A stretch of 64,000 nucleotides of DNA from an uncultured Phycisphaeraceae bacterium (GTDB taxonomy: Bacteria; Planctomycetota; Phycisphaerae; UBA1845): the NCBI GenBank assembly GCA_964574815.1, contig CAZNPL010000025.1:12054-76053 (forward strand), written 5' to 3'. The notes beneath the pieces are model-generated. The model was not told the origin of the DNA. It searched no databases and saw only the letters and a list, made by a program, of their open reading frames with translations. Both the position numbers and the translations under genes were made by a program. Positions 19,325 to 27,472 of this stretch are shown here, piece after piece (positions within the stretch are counted from its first letter, which is position 1; each line of letters opens with the position of its first letter).

Positions 19325-20206
19325 ATGGTGGCCGCAGAACGCATCCCCGACAACTTCCTCGAGCTCGAGCCGAAGTTCAGCAGTTACGACGACGCCCGCT
19401 ATGCCGTCCTGCCCATCCCCTACGACGCCGCGGCCAGCTACAACCCCGGCGCACGCCACGGCCCTGCAGCCATCATAGACGCCTCCCACCACGTGGAACT
19501 CTTCGACGAGGAGCTGCTCGCTGAATTCCACACCGCCGGAATCGCTACGCTCGAACCCTTAGCGCCCAACATGTCCGGTCCCGCCGCGATGCATGAGGAC
19601 ATCGCGCAGGTCGCCCGGAAAATCGTCAGAGACGGCAAAACGCTGCTGGGCCTCGGCGGCGACCACAGCGTAACCAGCGGCCTCGTGCGCGCCGTCGCCT
19701 CGCGTCACAAGAAGCTCTCCGTGCTCCAGATCGACGCCCACCCCGACCTGCGTGACACCTTCGAGCAGACGCCGTATTCCCATGCCTGCGTCATGCGCCG
19801 CGTGACAGACACGGACGTGCCGCTCGTTCCCGTTGGGATTCGCTGCGTGGCGAAGGAGGAGCATCGCTTCATGAAGCGAGCGGGAATCACGCCCGTCACC
19901 GCCCGCGACTGCCACGAATCCGACGACTGGCTCGACCGCGTCCTCGACGGTCTCGGTGACACCGTTTATATCACGATCGACATCGACGCCTTCGACCCCG
20001 CCTTCGCCCCCGGCACCGGCACGCCCGAGCCGGGCGGTCTCGACTGGTACCAGGTTATCACACTCCTACGCCTCGTCGCCGCCGAGAAAAGCGTCGTCGC
20101 CGCCGACGTGGTCGAGGTCATGCCCGTCCCCGGCCAGGTCGTCACCGAATTCCTCGCCGCCCGCCTTCTCTACAAACTCATCTGCTACATCGAATCCGAA
20201 CGCTAA
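19325..20206 (+). CDS. speB: Agmatinase (arginase/ureohydrolase family).
   Basis: Mn-binding motifs GGDHS, DAHPD, DIDAFDP of the arginase family. ATG inside track ORF 19145..20206. Confidence 0.8.
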   Translation: MVAAERIPDNFLELEPKFSSYDDARYAVLPIPYDAAASYNPGARHGPAAIIDASHHVELFDEELLAEFHTAGIATLEPLAPNMSGPAAMHEDIAQVARKIVRDGKTLLGLGGDHSVTSGLVRAVASRHKKLSVLQIDAHPDLRDTFEQTPYSHACVMRRVTDTDVPLVPVGIRCVAKEEHRFMKRAGITPVTARDCHESDDWLDRVLDGLGDTVYITIDIDAFDPAFAPGTGTPEPGGLDWYQVITLLRLVAAEKSVVAADVVEVMPVPGQVVTEFLAARLLYKLICYIESER

Positions 20207-20274
20207 GCACGCACGGTGCCCCATTCGAGGTGCCCCGTACCTTCGCGAAGCCAAGGGGGGGAGGGACTTGCCAA

Positions 20275-20410
20275 ACGCCGGGGGCCACTGGTCCGCCTCA
20301 GGCGGACCCACCAGTGTCGAATATGCCAGAGGTTGATTCCGATGCCATGCCCACGCTCGTGTGGGCATGTGTGGCCAAGCACTGGCCGCAGCGTCCACTG
20401 AGACTACCAC
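20275..20410. repeat. REP/MITE-like palindromic repeat cluster (intergenic).
   Basis: GGCCACTGG followed by the hairpin cactggtccgcctcaggcggacccaccagtg, then the palindrome catgcccacgctcgtgtgggcatg. Same family as the elements at about 10990, 42290, 57430 and 60046. Confidence 0.6.
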
Positions 20411-20490
20411 TTCCACGTCACGTTGCTGCCCCAACGAACCCCCTTATAATCCCCCTGACTGGAAACAGAGCGACCGGCAATCGTAGACCC

Positions 20491-20691
20491 ATGCAACTCA
20501 ACGTGAACGGTAAAACCGAGCAGCTCGACAACGTCGCTACGGTCGGCGATTTGCTCCGAACCTTCGACTTGGCCCCGATCCGGGTGGCCGTCGAGGTCAA
20601 CAAGGAGCTGGTCCCCCGCAAGACCTTCGATGAAACCCCGTTACACGACGGCGACGACGTCGAAATCGTTACCTTCGTGGGAGGCGGCTGA
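20491..20691 (+). CDS. thiS: Sulfur-carrier protein ThiS.
   Basis: 66 aa ending in GG ([10 protein letters not shown]). Stop overlaps the thiG start. Confidence 0.75.
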   Translation: MQLNVNGKTEQLDNVATVGDLLRTFDLAPIRVAVEVNKELVPRKTFDETPLHDGDDVEIVTFVGGG

Positions 20692-21536
20692 TGACACACG
20701 AAACTTATCGCGTCGGATCATTCGAGTTCACATCTCGACTCTTCGTCGGAACCGGCAAGTACGCCGACTTCGAGACCATGAATGCCGCCCTCGATGCATC
20801 CGGCTGCCAGGTCGTCACCGTGGCCATCCGCCGGGACGTGCTCGATTCCGAAGGACGCACCAAACAGGGCAACATCCTCGATCACCTCGACCTGAGCCGA
20901 ATCACCGTGCTGCCCAACACCGCCGGCTGCTTCAACGCCGCCGACGCCGTCCGTTCGGCCCGGCTCAGCCGTGAGCTTCTGGAAGGCCTCGGCAACTCCG
21001 GCGCCAAATGGGTCAAGCTCGAAGTGCTCGCCGACAAGAAAACCCTGCTGCCCGAACCCATCGGCACCGTAGAGGCCGCCAAGGAACTGGTAAACCTGGA
21101 CTTCGAAGTCCTCGTCTACACCAACGACGACCCCATCCTCGCCAAACGGCTGAAGGACATCGGTGCCGTCAGCGTCATGCCGGCCGGCTCCCCCATCGGC
21201 AGCGGCCAGGGCATCCTCAACCCCGCCAACATCCGACTGTGCATCGAGTATCTCAAGGAAGACGACCCCGAGTACCCCGTCATCGTCGACGCCGGCGTGG
21301 GAACGGCCTCCGACGTCACCATTGCCATGGAACTCGGCTCCGACGGCGTGTTGCTCAACACAGGCATAGCAGGCGCGCAGGACCCCGTCCGGATGGCCAC
21401 CGCGATGAACCATGCCATCGAGGCCGGTCGGCTGGCGTACCTGTCCGGACGAATTCCGAGGAAGCGTTACGCCACGGCCTCCTCCCCGATCGAAGGCGTG
21501 ATCGCATCAACCGGACCCGCTTCGAAATCCGTCTAG
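20691..21536 (+). CDS. thiG: Thiazole synthase ThiG.
   Basis: ThiG TIM-barrel blocks ([30 protein letters not shown]). Confidence 0.85.
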   Translation: MTHETYRVGSFEFTSRLFVGTGKYADFETMNAALDASGCQVVTVAIRRDVLDSEGRTKQGNILDHLDLSRITVLPNTAGCFNAADAVRSARLSRELLEGLGNSGAKWVKLEVLADKKTLLPEPIGTVEAAKELVNLDFEVLVYTNDDPILAKRLKDIGAVSVMPAGSPIGSGQGILNPANIRLCIEYLKEDDPEYPVIVDAGVGTASDVTIAMELGSDGVLLNTGIAGAQDPVRMATAMNHAIEAGRLAYLSGRIPRKRYATASSPIEGVIASTGPASKSV

Positions 21537-21557
21537 ACCACGTGAGGAATCCGACCC

Positions 21558-22010
21558 GTGGGCCGACAGCGGCGGAATACCATCCTTCTCTGGATCATCG
21601 CCCTGGGCCTGGCCAACTTTGTGCTCTACACACTCAGCTACTGGTACCTCGGCGGCGACGCTCCCAACGGCGCTTACCAGGACGGGCACTACTTCCTCAG
21701 AGGCCACTTTATCTGGTCCGGCACCGGCCGGCTGTCCGACGCCGTCCCCCGCGGCATCTGGCTGTACAGCTTTATCCACTCCATCACCATCTGGCCGACC
21801 ATCGCCGCCGTGCTGGTCTCAATGCTGATCCTCGCCCGCCCGCACATCATCGCCACCATGAAGTCCGACGCCCCCGTCCGCGGCAACACCTATGTCGCCA
21901 TCTGCATCACCGTCATCGTCCTCGTGACAGCGGCTTCGACGCTCTTCTTCGTCATCGACTTCGTTCGAGCGCTCCTGACAATTGCCGACGGTGGCACTTA
22001 CAACGTGTAG
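21558..22010 (+). CDS. Hypothetical small membrane protein (4 TM).
   Basis: Hydrophobic segments; no domain recognised. Placement after thiG. Confidence 0.35.
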   Translation: MGRQRRNTILLWIIALGLANFVLYTLSYWYLGGDAPNGAYQDGHYFLRGHFIWSGTGRLSDAVPRGIWLYSFIHSITIWPTIAAVLVSMLILARPHIIATMKSDAPVRGNTYVAICITVIVLVTAASTLFFVIDFVRALLTIADGGTYNV

Positions 22011-22067
22011 TGCGGACCACACAGTCCGCCCGCCCGTTGAAGGGGATTCTGCTGCCGGGCGAGTCGC

Positions 22068-23792
22068 TCAGTCGCGTCCACAACCAAGTTCCAACTCATA
22101 GCTGCGAATAAAATCCGTCACCAGCCAGCATTCATCCTGCGGCGATGCCTCCCACGCCGCCAGCGCGTCCCGCCGCTTGCGGAAGTAGAACTGGTTCAAA
22201 CGCGTGCAGAATTCCGTGTACTTGCCCCAGACCTCACGCTCCGCCCGCTGCCACTCGCGTGGGTGCATCCCGCTGAAGGCGGCCACGTACAAGTCCCAAG
22301 TGTTCCCGAGATTCGTCGAGTTGCCGATTGGCGTGATGTAGATGCGGTCATAACGATCGGCGTGATCGCGCAGCCACTTACCCAGCGCCACCCACTCCGG
22401 CTGATGAAACGCCCGCTGCAAATCCGGCCGCGACAGATACCGCACGACATACGAGCCGCCGAAGCCCAGAATCACCACGCCCATCAACACGGCCGCCACA
22501 CGGCTCCAATGCTCCTGTCGCGCCGCACTAAGCCCGCCGCGGCGACATCGATCCAACAATGACAGCACCCACCGACCCGCCTGCACCATGCCCACGCCCG
22601 AGATCATCGGTAAAAGAACTGCACAGCCGGACGCCCGCAAAGAATGCGGACTGGTCCGGCTTACTGCCGCCGGTGCAATGCTCGCCAGAACGCCGAGCAA
22701 CAGCACGGCCCGATCCACCGGCGACCAACCCGCCCGAGGCCGGATCAACGACACAAACCCGATGTAAAGGAACGGCAGCGCCGCGGCCGACAGCCGACTC
22801 ACCAGCAGCTCGTGCTTGTCACCGAAACTCAGAAACAGATCATCCGGGTTCAGGTTGGCCGCAACGTTCCGGACAAACGTGCCGATCGCATCAAACCAGT
22901 CGTAAGCGTGGAACCACAACGCACTCGCCCGGCTCAAAAAAGTGTGCGGATCGACCAGAAACACGTAGAGCTGGGGCGCCGCCCCGAGACCCACCGATAC
23001 GACGAACAGCGCCAGCACCCTGGCCCGTGCCGGCCATCGCAACGCCGTCCGGTGCCCGACGCTCAAAATGAGTCCCGCGCCGATCGTCGCGAAGATCAGC
23101 GCCGACAGTCGCGTTGCACCGTAAGCGTTCGCCGAGAAGCCCGTGACCAGCCCCGCCCCAACCCATCGCCAGTAGCCAACCTTTCCACTGCGCAACTGCT
23201 CACCCGCCTCCCGAAGGAGCAGGACAATGCACACGCAGAAAAACCCCGGCAACGCCGCACCTTCATGACCCGAGCGCGAAAACAGAACGTGCCACGGGCT
23301 CACCGCCAGCAGCAGCATGGTCAACAGCGCCCCCCGATCGCCCAGCGTCCGCCGCCCCCACACGCCGACGAGTATCACACCCGCCACGCCTAGAACAGCC
23401 GCCACACCCCGGCAGCCCGCAACCGTAAACCCCACGAACCATGACGGAATGGCGCACAGCCACGCCATCAGCGCCGGCCGATTGTCGCGCGGACCATTGC
23501 CGTAACACAAAATGGGCCACTTGCGCCCGGCCCGATCGGCCCCGGTCTCCGCGATGCTCCAGCCGTCGTACATGTTCGACAGCTCGTCCCAGTTCACCGG
23601 AGCCGGGTACTGGTCCGACGCCGCAAAACGCAGGAACCCCGCCAAAACCAGGACGGCCGACACCAAAGTGACCCCGCGCATACCGACACGACGCACGGCA
23701 AGCCCCCCAGACTCCGCGCCAACACGATCCACCGACGGACCGGCGCGCGACGATCGCTCATTCGTGGCCGCAGCCGAGTTCCAGCACATCAC
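22068..23792 (-). CDS. GT-C family membrane glycosyltransferase (ArnT/PMT/GT39-like), paralog A of three.
   Basis: Multi-TM N-terminal domain with NWDELSNMYDGWSIAETGADRAGRKWPI (DE-motif loop) and a soluble C-terminal domain. About 70% identical to the next two genes. The real start may be the internal M (MRGVTLVSAVLVLAG). Confidence 0.6.
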   Translation of the reverse strand: MMCWNSAAATNERSSRAGPSVDRVGAESGGLAVRRVGMRGVTLVSAVLVLAGFLRFAASDQYPAPVNWDELSNMYDGWSIAETGADRAGRKWPILCYGNGPRDNRPALMAWLCAIPSWFVGFTVAGCRGVAAVLGVAGVILVGVWGRRTLGDRGALLTMLLLAVSPWHVLFSRSGHEGAALPGFFCVCIVLLLREAGEQLRSGKVGYWRWVGAGLVTGFSANAYGATRLSALIFATIGAGLILSVGHRTALRWPARARVLALFVVSVGLGAAPQLYVFLVDPHTFLSRASALWFHAYDWFDAIGTFVRNVAANLNPDDLFLSFGDKHELLVSRLSAAALPFLYIGFVSLIRPRAGWSPVDRAVLLLGVLASIAPAAVSRTSPHSLRASGCAVLLPMISGVGMVQAGRWVLSLLDRCRRGGLSAARQEHWSRVAAVLMGVVILGFGGSYVVRYLSRPDLQRAFHQPEWVALGKWLRDHADRYDRIYITPIGNSTNLGNTWDLYVAAFSGMHPREWQRAEREVWGKYTEFCTRLNQFYFRKRRDALAAWEASPQDECWLVTDFIRSYELELGCGRD

Positions 23793-25476
23793 TTCGCAAG
23801 TAGTCCGTCACCAGCCAGCATTCATCCTGGCCTGACTCTTCCCAGGCTTCCAGTGCTTCCCACCGCTTACGCGCATAAAACTGATTGAGGCGCACGCAGG
23901 CATCCGAGTAGCGGCCCCATACGTCCCGCTCCGCGCGCTGCCATTCACTGGGGTGCATTCCACTGAACGCGGCCACGTAGAGATCCCACCCGATACCGTA
24001 TTTCGATTCATTTCCGACCGGCGTGATGTACACCCGGTCGTAGCGCTGAGTGCGACCGATCAGCCACTTACCCATCGCCACCCAATCCGGTTGACTCAAC
24101 GCATTTTGCAGATCCGGGCGCGAGAGATACCGCACGACGTACGAACCACCGAATACCAGAATCACGCCGGCCATCAGTATGGCGGCGCCATTGCTCCAGA
24201 TGCGTCCTCGCTGTGACGGAGCCCGTTCACCCCACAGCCGGCTCCACAACGCCATGGCCCATCGGCCCGTTTGAACCATGCCCAGACCCGAGATCATGGG
24301 CAGCAGAACCGAACAGCCGGAAGCCCTGAACGCGTGCGGATTGGTGCGCGTCAATGCCGCCGGCGCGATGCACGCCAGGACACCCACCAGCAGTAGCGCC
24401 CGATCCACGACCGACCAACCGGTCCGCGGCCACATCAACGATAACAGCCCGACATACAGGAACGGCATCGCCGCGGCCGACAGACACCCCATCAATTGCC
24501 GTTGCTCGCCAAAACTCAGAAACAGATAAACGGGATCCAGGTGCGCCGCCACGTTCTCGACGAACGTCTCAACCGCATCGAGCCAGTCGAACGGGTGGAA
24601 TCGCACCCTTTCGGCCCGGGCAAAGAACATCTCCCGATCGGTCAGGAACACATAGATTTGGGGCGCCGCTCCGATTCCGACGGCCAGGATGAACAGCGTC
24701 AGGACCTTGGCCCGGGCAGGCCAACGCAACGCCGAACGGTGTCCCATGCCCAAGGCGAGCCCCGCACCGAGCAGCGCGAAAATCAGTGCCGTTAGACGCA
24801 TCCCGGCGTATGAGTTGGTTGAAAACCCCGTCACCAACCCCGCTCCGGCCCAGAGCCAATACGCCGCCTTTCCCTCCCGCAATCGCTCGCCGGCCTCACG
24901 AACCAGCAGGATCGTCAACACGCAAAAGAATCCCGGCAGCGCCGCTCCCTCAATCGCCCAGCGCGAAAACAGGAGATGCCAGGGGCTCAGCGCCAACAGA
25001 AGCATCGTCAGCAGCGCCCCGCGAAAGCCCAGGACCCGCCAGCCCCACACCCCGACGAGCAGCACGCTAATCAGCCCGAAAACCGCCGACACGCCCCGGC
25101 AGCCGACGACGGTAAAACCAACAAACCATGAGGGAACCGCGCAGAGCCACGCCATCAACGCCGGACGATTGTCGCTCAGTCCGCCTGCGTAGCAGATAAT
25201 GGGCCACTTGCGGCCGGCCCGCTCCGCCCCCGTCTCGGCAATGCTCCAGCCGTCGTACATGTTCGACAGCTCGTCCGGATTGACCGGCGTGGGATACCGT
25301 TCCAACGCCGCAAAGCGCAGGAACCCGGCCAACACCAGGATGGCTGACATCAGGAGAGCTTCGCGCGTGCCGAACGCTCGTCGCCGACTTGACGCAGCCT
25401 CCGCCGGAGCACGACCTCCCGGCGGCTCCGTGTGCGGCGATCGTTCATTTTTCGTGGCAGCCGAGTTCCAGCTCAT
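23758..25476 (-). CDS. GT-C family membrane glycosyltransferase (ArnT/PMT/GT39-like), paralog B.
   Basis: Same architecture, with the conserved C-terminal ECWLVTDYLRSDVLELGCGHE. Start overlaps the end of paralog C; stop overlaps the start of paralog A. Confidence 0.6.
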   Translation of the reverse strand: MSWNSAATKNERSPHTEPPGGRAPAEAASSRRRAFGTREALLMSAILVLAGFLRFAALERYPTPVNPDELSNMYDGWSIAETGAERAGRKWPIICYAGGLSDNRPALMAWLCAVPSWFVGFTVVGCRGVSAVFGLISVLLVGVWGWRVLGFRGALLTMLLLALSPWHLLFSRWAIEGAALPGFFCVLTILLVREAGERLREGKAAYWLWAGAGLVTGFSTNSYAGMRLTALIFALLGAGLALGMGHRSALRWPARAKVLTLFILAVGIGAAPQIYVFLTDREMFFARAERVRFHPFDWLDAVETFVENVAAHLDPVYLFLSFGEQRQLMGCLSAAAMPFLYVGLLSLMWPRTGWSVVDRALLLVGVLACIAPAALTRTNPHAFRASGCSVLLPMISGLGMVQTGRWAMALWSRLWGERAPSQRGRIWSNGAAILMAGVILVFGGSYVVRYLSRPDLQNALSQPDWVAMGKWLIGRTQRYDRVYITPVGNESKYGIGWDLYVAAFSGMHPSEWQRAERDVWGRYSDACVRLNQFYARKRWEALEAWEESGQDECWLVTDYLRSDVLELGCGHE

Positions 25477-27100
25477 AGTTCCGCAGATAGTCCGTGACCA
25501 GCCAGCACTCGTCCCGGCGGGACTCCTCCCACGCCTTCAACGCGTCTCGCCGCTTGTGGAAATAGAACTGGTTCAAGCGCGTGCAGAAATCCGAGTATCG
25601 ACCCCATACCTCGCGCTCCGCCCGCTGCCATTCACGCGGATGCATACCGCTGAATGCGGCTACATACAGATCCCGCGCCTGGCCGTAGTCCGACGAATCT
25701 CCGACGGGCGCGATGTAGATCCGGTCGTAGCGCTCGGCACGATCGCCCAGCCACTTACCCAGCGCCACCCATTCCGGCTGACTGAACACCTTCTGCAAAT
25801 CCGGGCGCGAGAGATACCGCACGACGTACGAGACGCCGAACGTCAGGATCACCCCGGCCATCACAAAGGCGGCACGATTGTACCGGCGTCTCAGCCGTTC
25901 TGATGCCACTCCTTCGTCCCGCCGCCGCGCCCACCATGCCGATAGCCACCGGCCTGTTTGAATCATGCCCAGGCCCGAGATCATCGGGAGCAGGACGGCA
26001 CATGCGGAGGCCCTGTATGTATGCGGATTCGTCCGCGTGATCGCCGCCGGTGCGATGCACGCCAGGACACCGGCCAAGAGCAACACCCGATCCACCGCCG
26101 ACCAGTCTGTTCGCCGCCACATCAGCGACACCAGTCCGACGTAGAGGAACGGCAAGGCCGCAGCCGACAGACGGCCCACGGAAAGTTCGTGCGCTTCGCC
26201 GAAGCTCAGGAACAGGTAAACCGGCTCGAGGTTGGCGCCCACGTTCCGCACAAGGGTCTCGACCGCATCCCACCAGTTGTAGGCGTGGAATCGCACCATA
26301 CCGGCTCTCGCCAGAAACGTCGGCGGATCGGCCAGAAACACGTAGAGTTGAGGCGCCGCTCCGATTGCGACAGCGACTGCAAACACCGCCAGCACTCTTC
26401 CGCGTGTCAACCATCGCGCCGTGGTCCGGTGGCCCACGCCAAGGGCGAGTCCCGCGGCGACAATCGCGAAGATCAGGGCCGACAATCGCATACTGCTGTT
26501 GGCGTTGGTCGAGAAGCCTGTCACCAGCCCCGCCGCAGTCCACCGCCAATACGCCGTCCTTCCTTCGCGCAACCGCTCGCCGGCCTCGCGGATCAACAGA
26601 ACGGTGCACACACAAAAAAAGCCCGGCAGCGCTGCAGATTCGACCGCCGAACGCGAAAACAGAACGTGCCACGGGCTCACCGCCAGCAGCAGCATCGTCA
26701 GCAGCGCCCCCCGATACCCCAGCACTCGCCGGCCCCAGACGCCGACGAGCATGACGGTCACCACGCCCACCAGAGCCGCCACCCCCCGGCAACCCGCAAC
26801 CGTAAAACCCGCGAACCAGGAGGGCACCGCGCACAGCCACGCCATCAGCGCCGGACGATGGTCGCGCGGGCCGCCCGCGTAGCAGATGATGGGCCACTTG
26901 TCGCCCGCCCGGTCGGCACCGGTCTCGGCAATCGACCAGCCGTCATACATGTTCGACAGCTCATCCCAGTTCACCGGAACCGGGTAATCGTCAAGCCCCG
27001 TAAAGCGCAAAACCCCTGCCAGCACCAGGACGGCCACAAAAAGCCAAGCCCGCCGCCATCTCCACTTGCCACGCATCTCGATGTTGAGCCGGCCGCACAT
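25445..27100 (-). CDS. GT-C family membrane glycosyltransferase (ArnT/PMT/GT39-like), paralog C.
   Basis: Same architecture. N-terminal MCGRLNIEMRGKWRWRRAWLFVAVLVLAGVLRF, DE loop, conserved C-terminus. Confidence 0.6.
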   Translation of the reverse strand: MCGRLNIEMRGKWRWRRAWLFVAVLVLAGVLRFTGLDDYPVPVNWDELSNMYDGWSIAETGADRAGDKWPIICYAGGPRDHRPALMAWLCAVPSWFAGFTVAGCRGVAALVGVVTVMLVGVWGRRVLGYRGALLTMLLLAVSPWHVLFSRSAVESAALPGFFCVCTVLLIREAGERLREGRTAYWRWTAAGLVTGFSTNANSSMRLSALIFAIVAAGLALGVGHRTTARWLTRGRVLAVFAVAVAIGAAPQLYVFLADPPTFLARAGMVRFHAYNWWDAVETLVRNVGANLEPVYLFLSFGEAHELSVGRLSAAALPFLYVGLVSLMWRRTDWSAVDRVLLLAGVLACIAPAAITRTNPHTYRASACAVLLPMISGLGMIQTGRWLSAWWARRRDEGVASERLRRRYNRAAFVMAGVILTFGVSYVVRYLSRPDLQKVFSQPEWVALGKWLGDRAERYDRIYIAPVGDSSDYGQARDLYVAAFSGMHPREWQRAEREVWGRYSDFCTRLNQFYFHKRRDALKAWEESRRDECWLVTDYLRNYELELGCHEK

Positions 27101-27472
27101 GAATCTCGAGGCCCCGTCGTCAAAGTCCCCATCCAGCGCGACGCGATGGACGGCAGACGGACCTCATGAGACCACGCGCAGTTCACATTGACAAGCGAAT
27201 CAGGAACTGGTGACGGACGTCGAGATAGGCCAAAACGCCCCGGCTCGACCCTCGTTTCATGCAAAGCCCGAGTCGAACGAGAGACTCAGCCGCGGGGAAA
27301 GTCGCAATCGGCTGGCTGACATGGCACGCGCATTACCGCTCAGCGCCTCTGTCCGCCGTCAGGAGGCCGACCCTGGCGGGAGCATGGACGTCGCCTTCTG
27401 CGCGAGCACACGCGAAGCGGCCCAACTTGCTCGCTGGCGACAGGTTGGCCATCCACTTCGCGCCCCAGCCCG

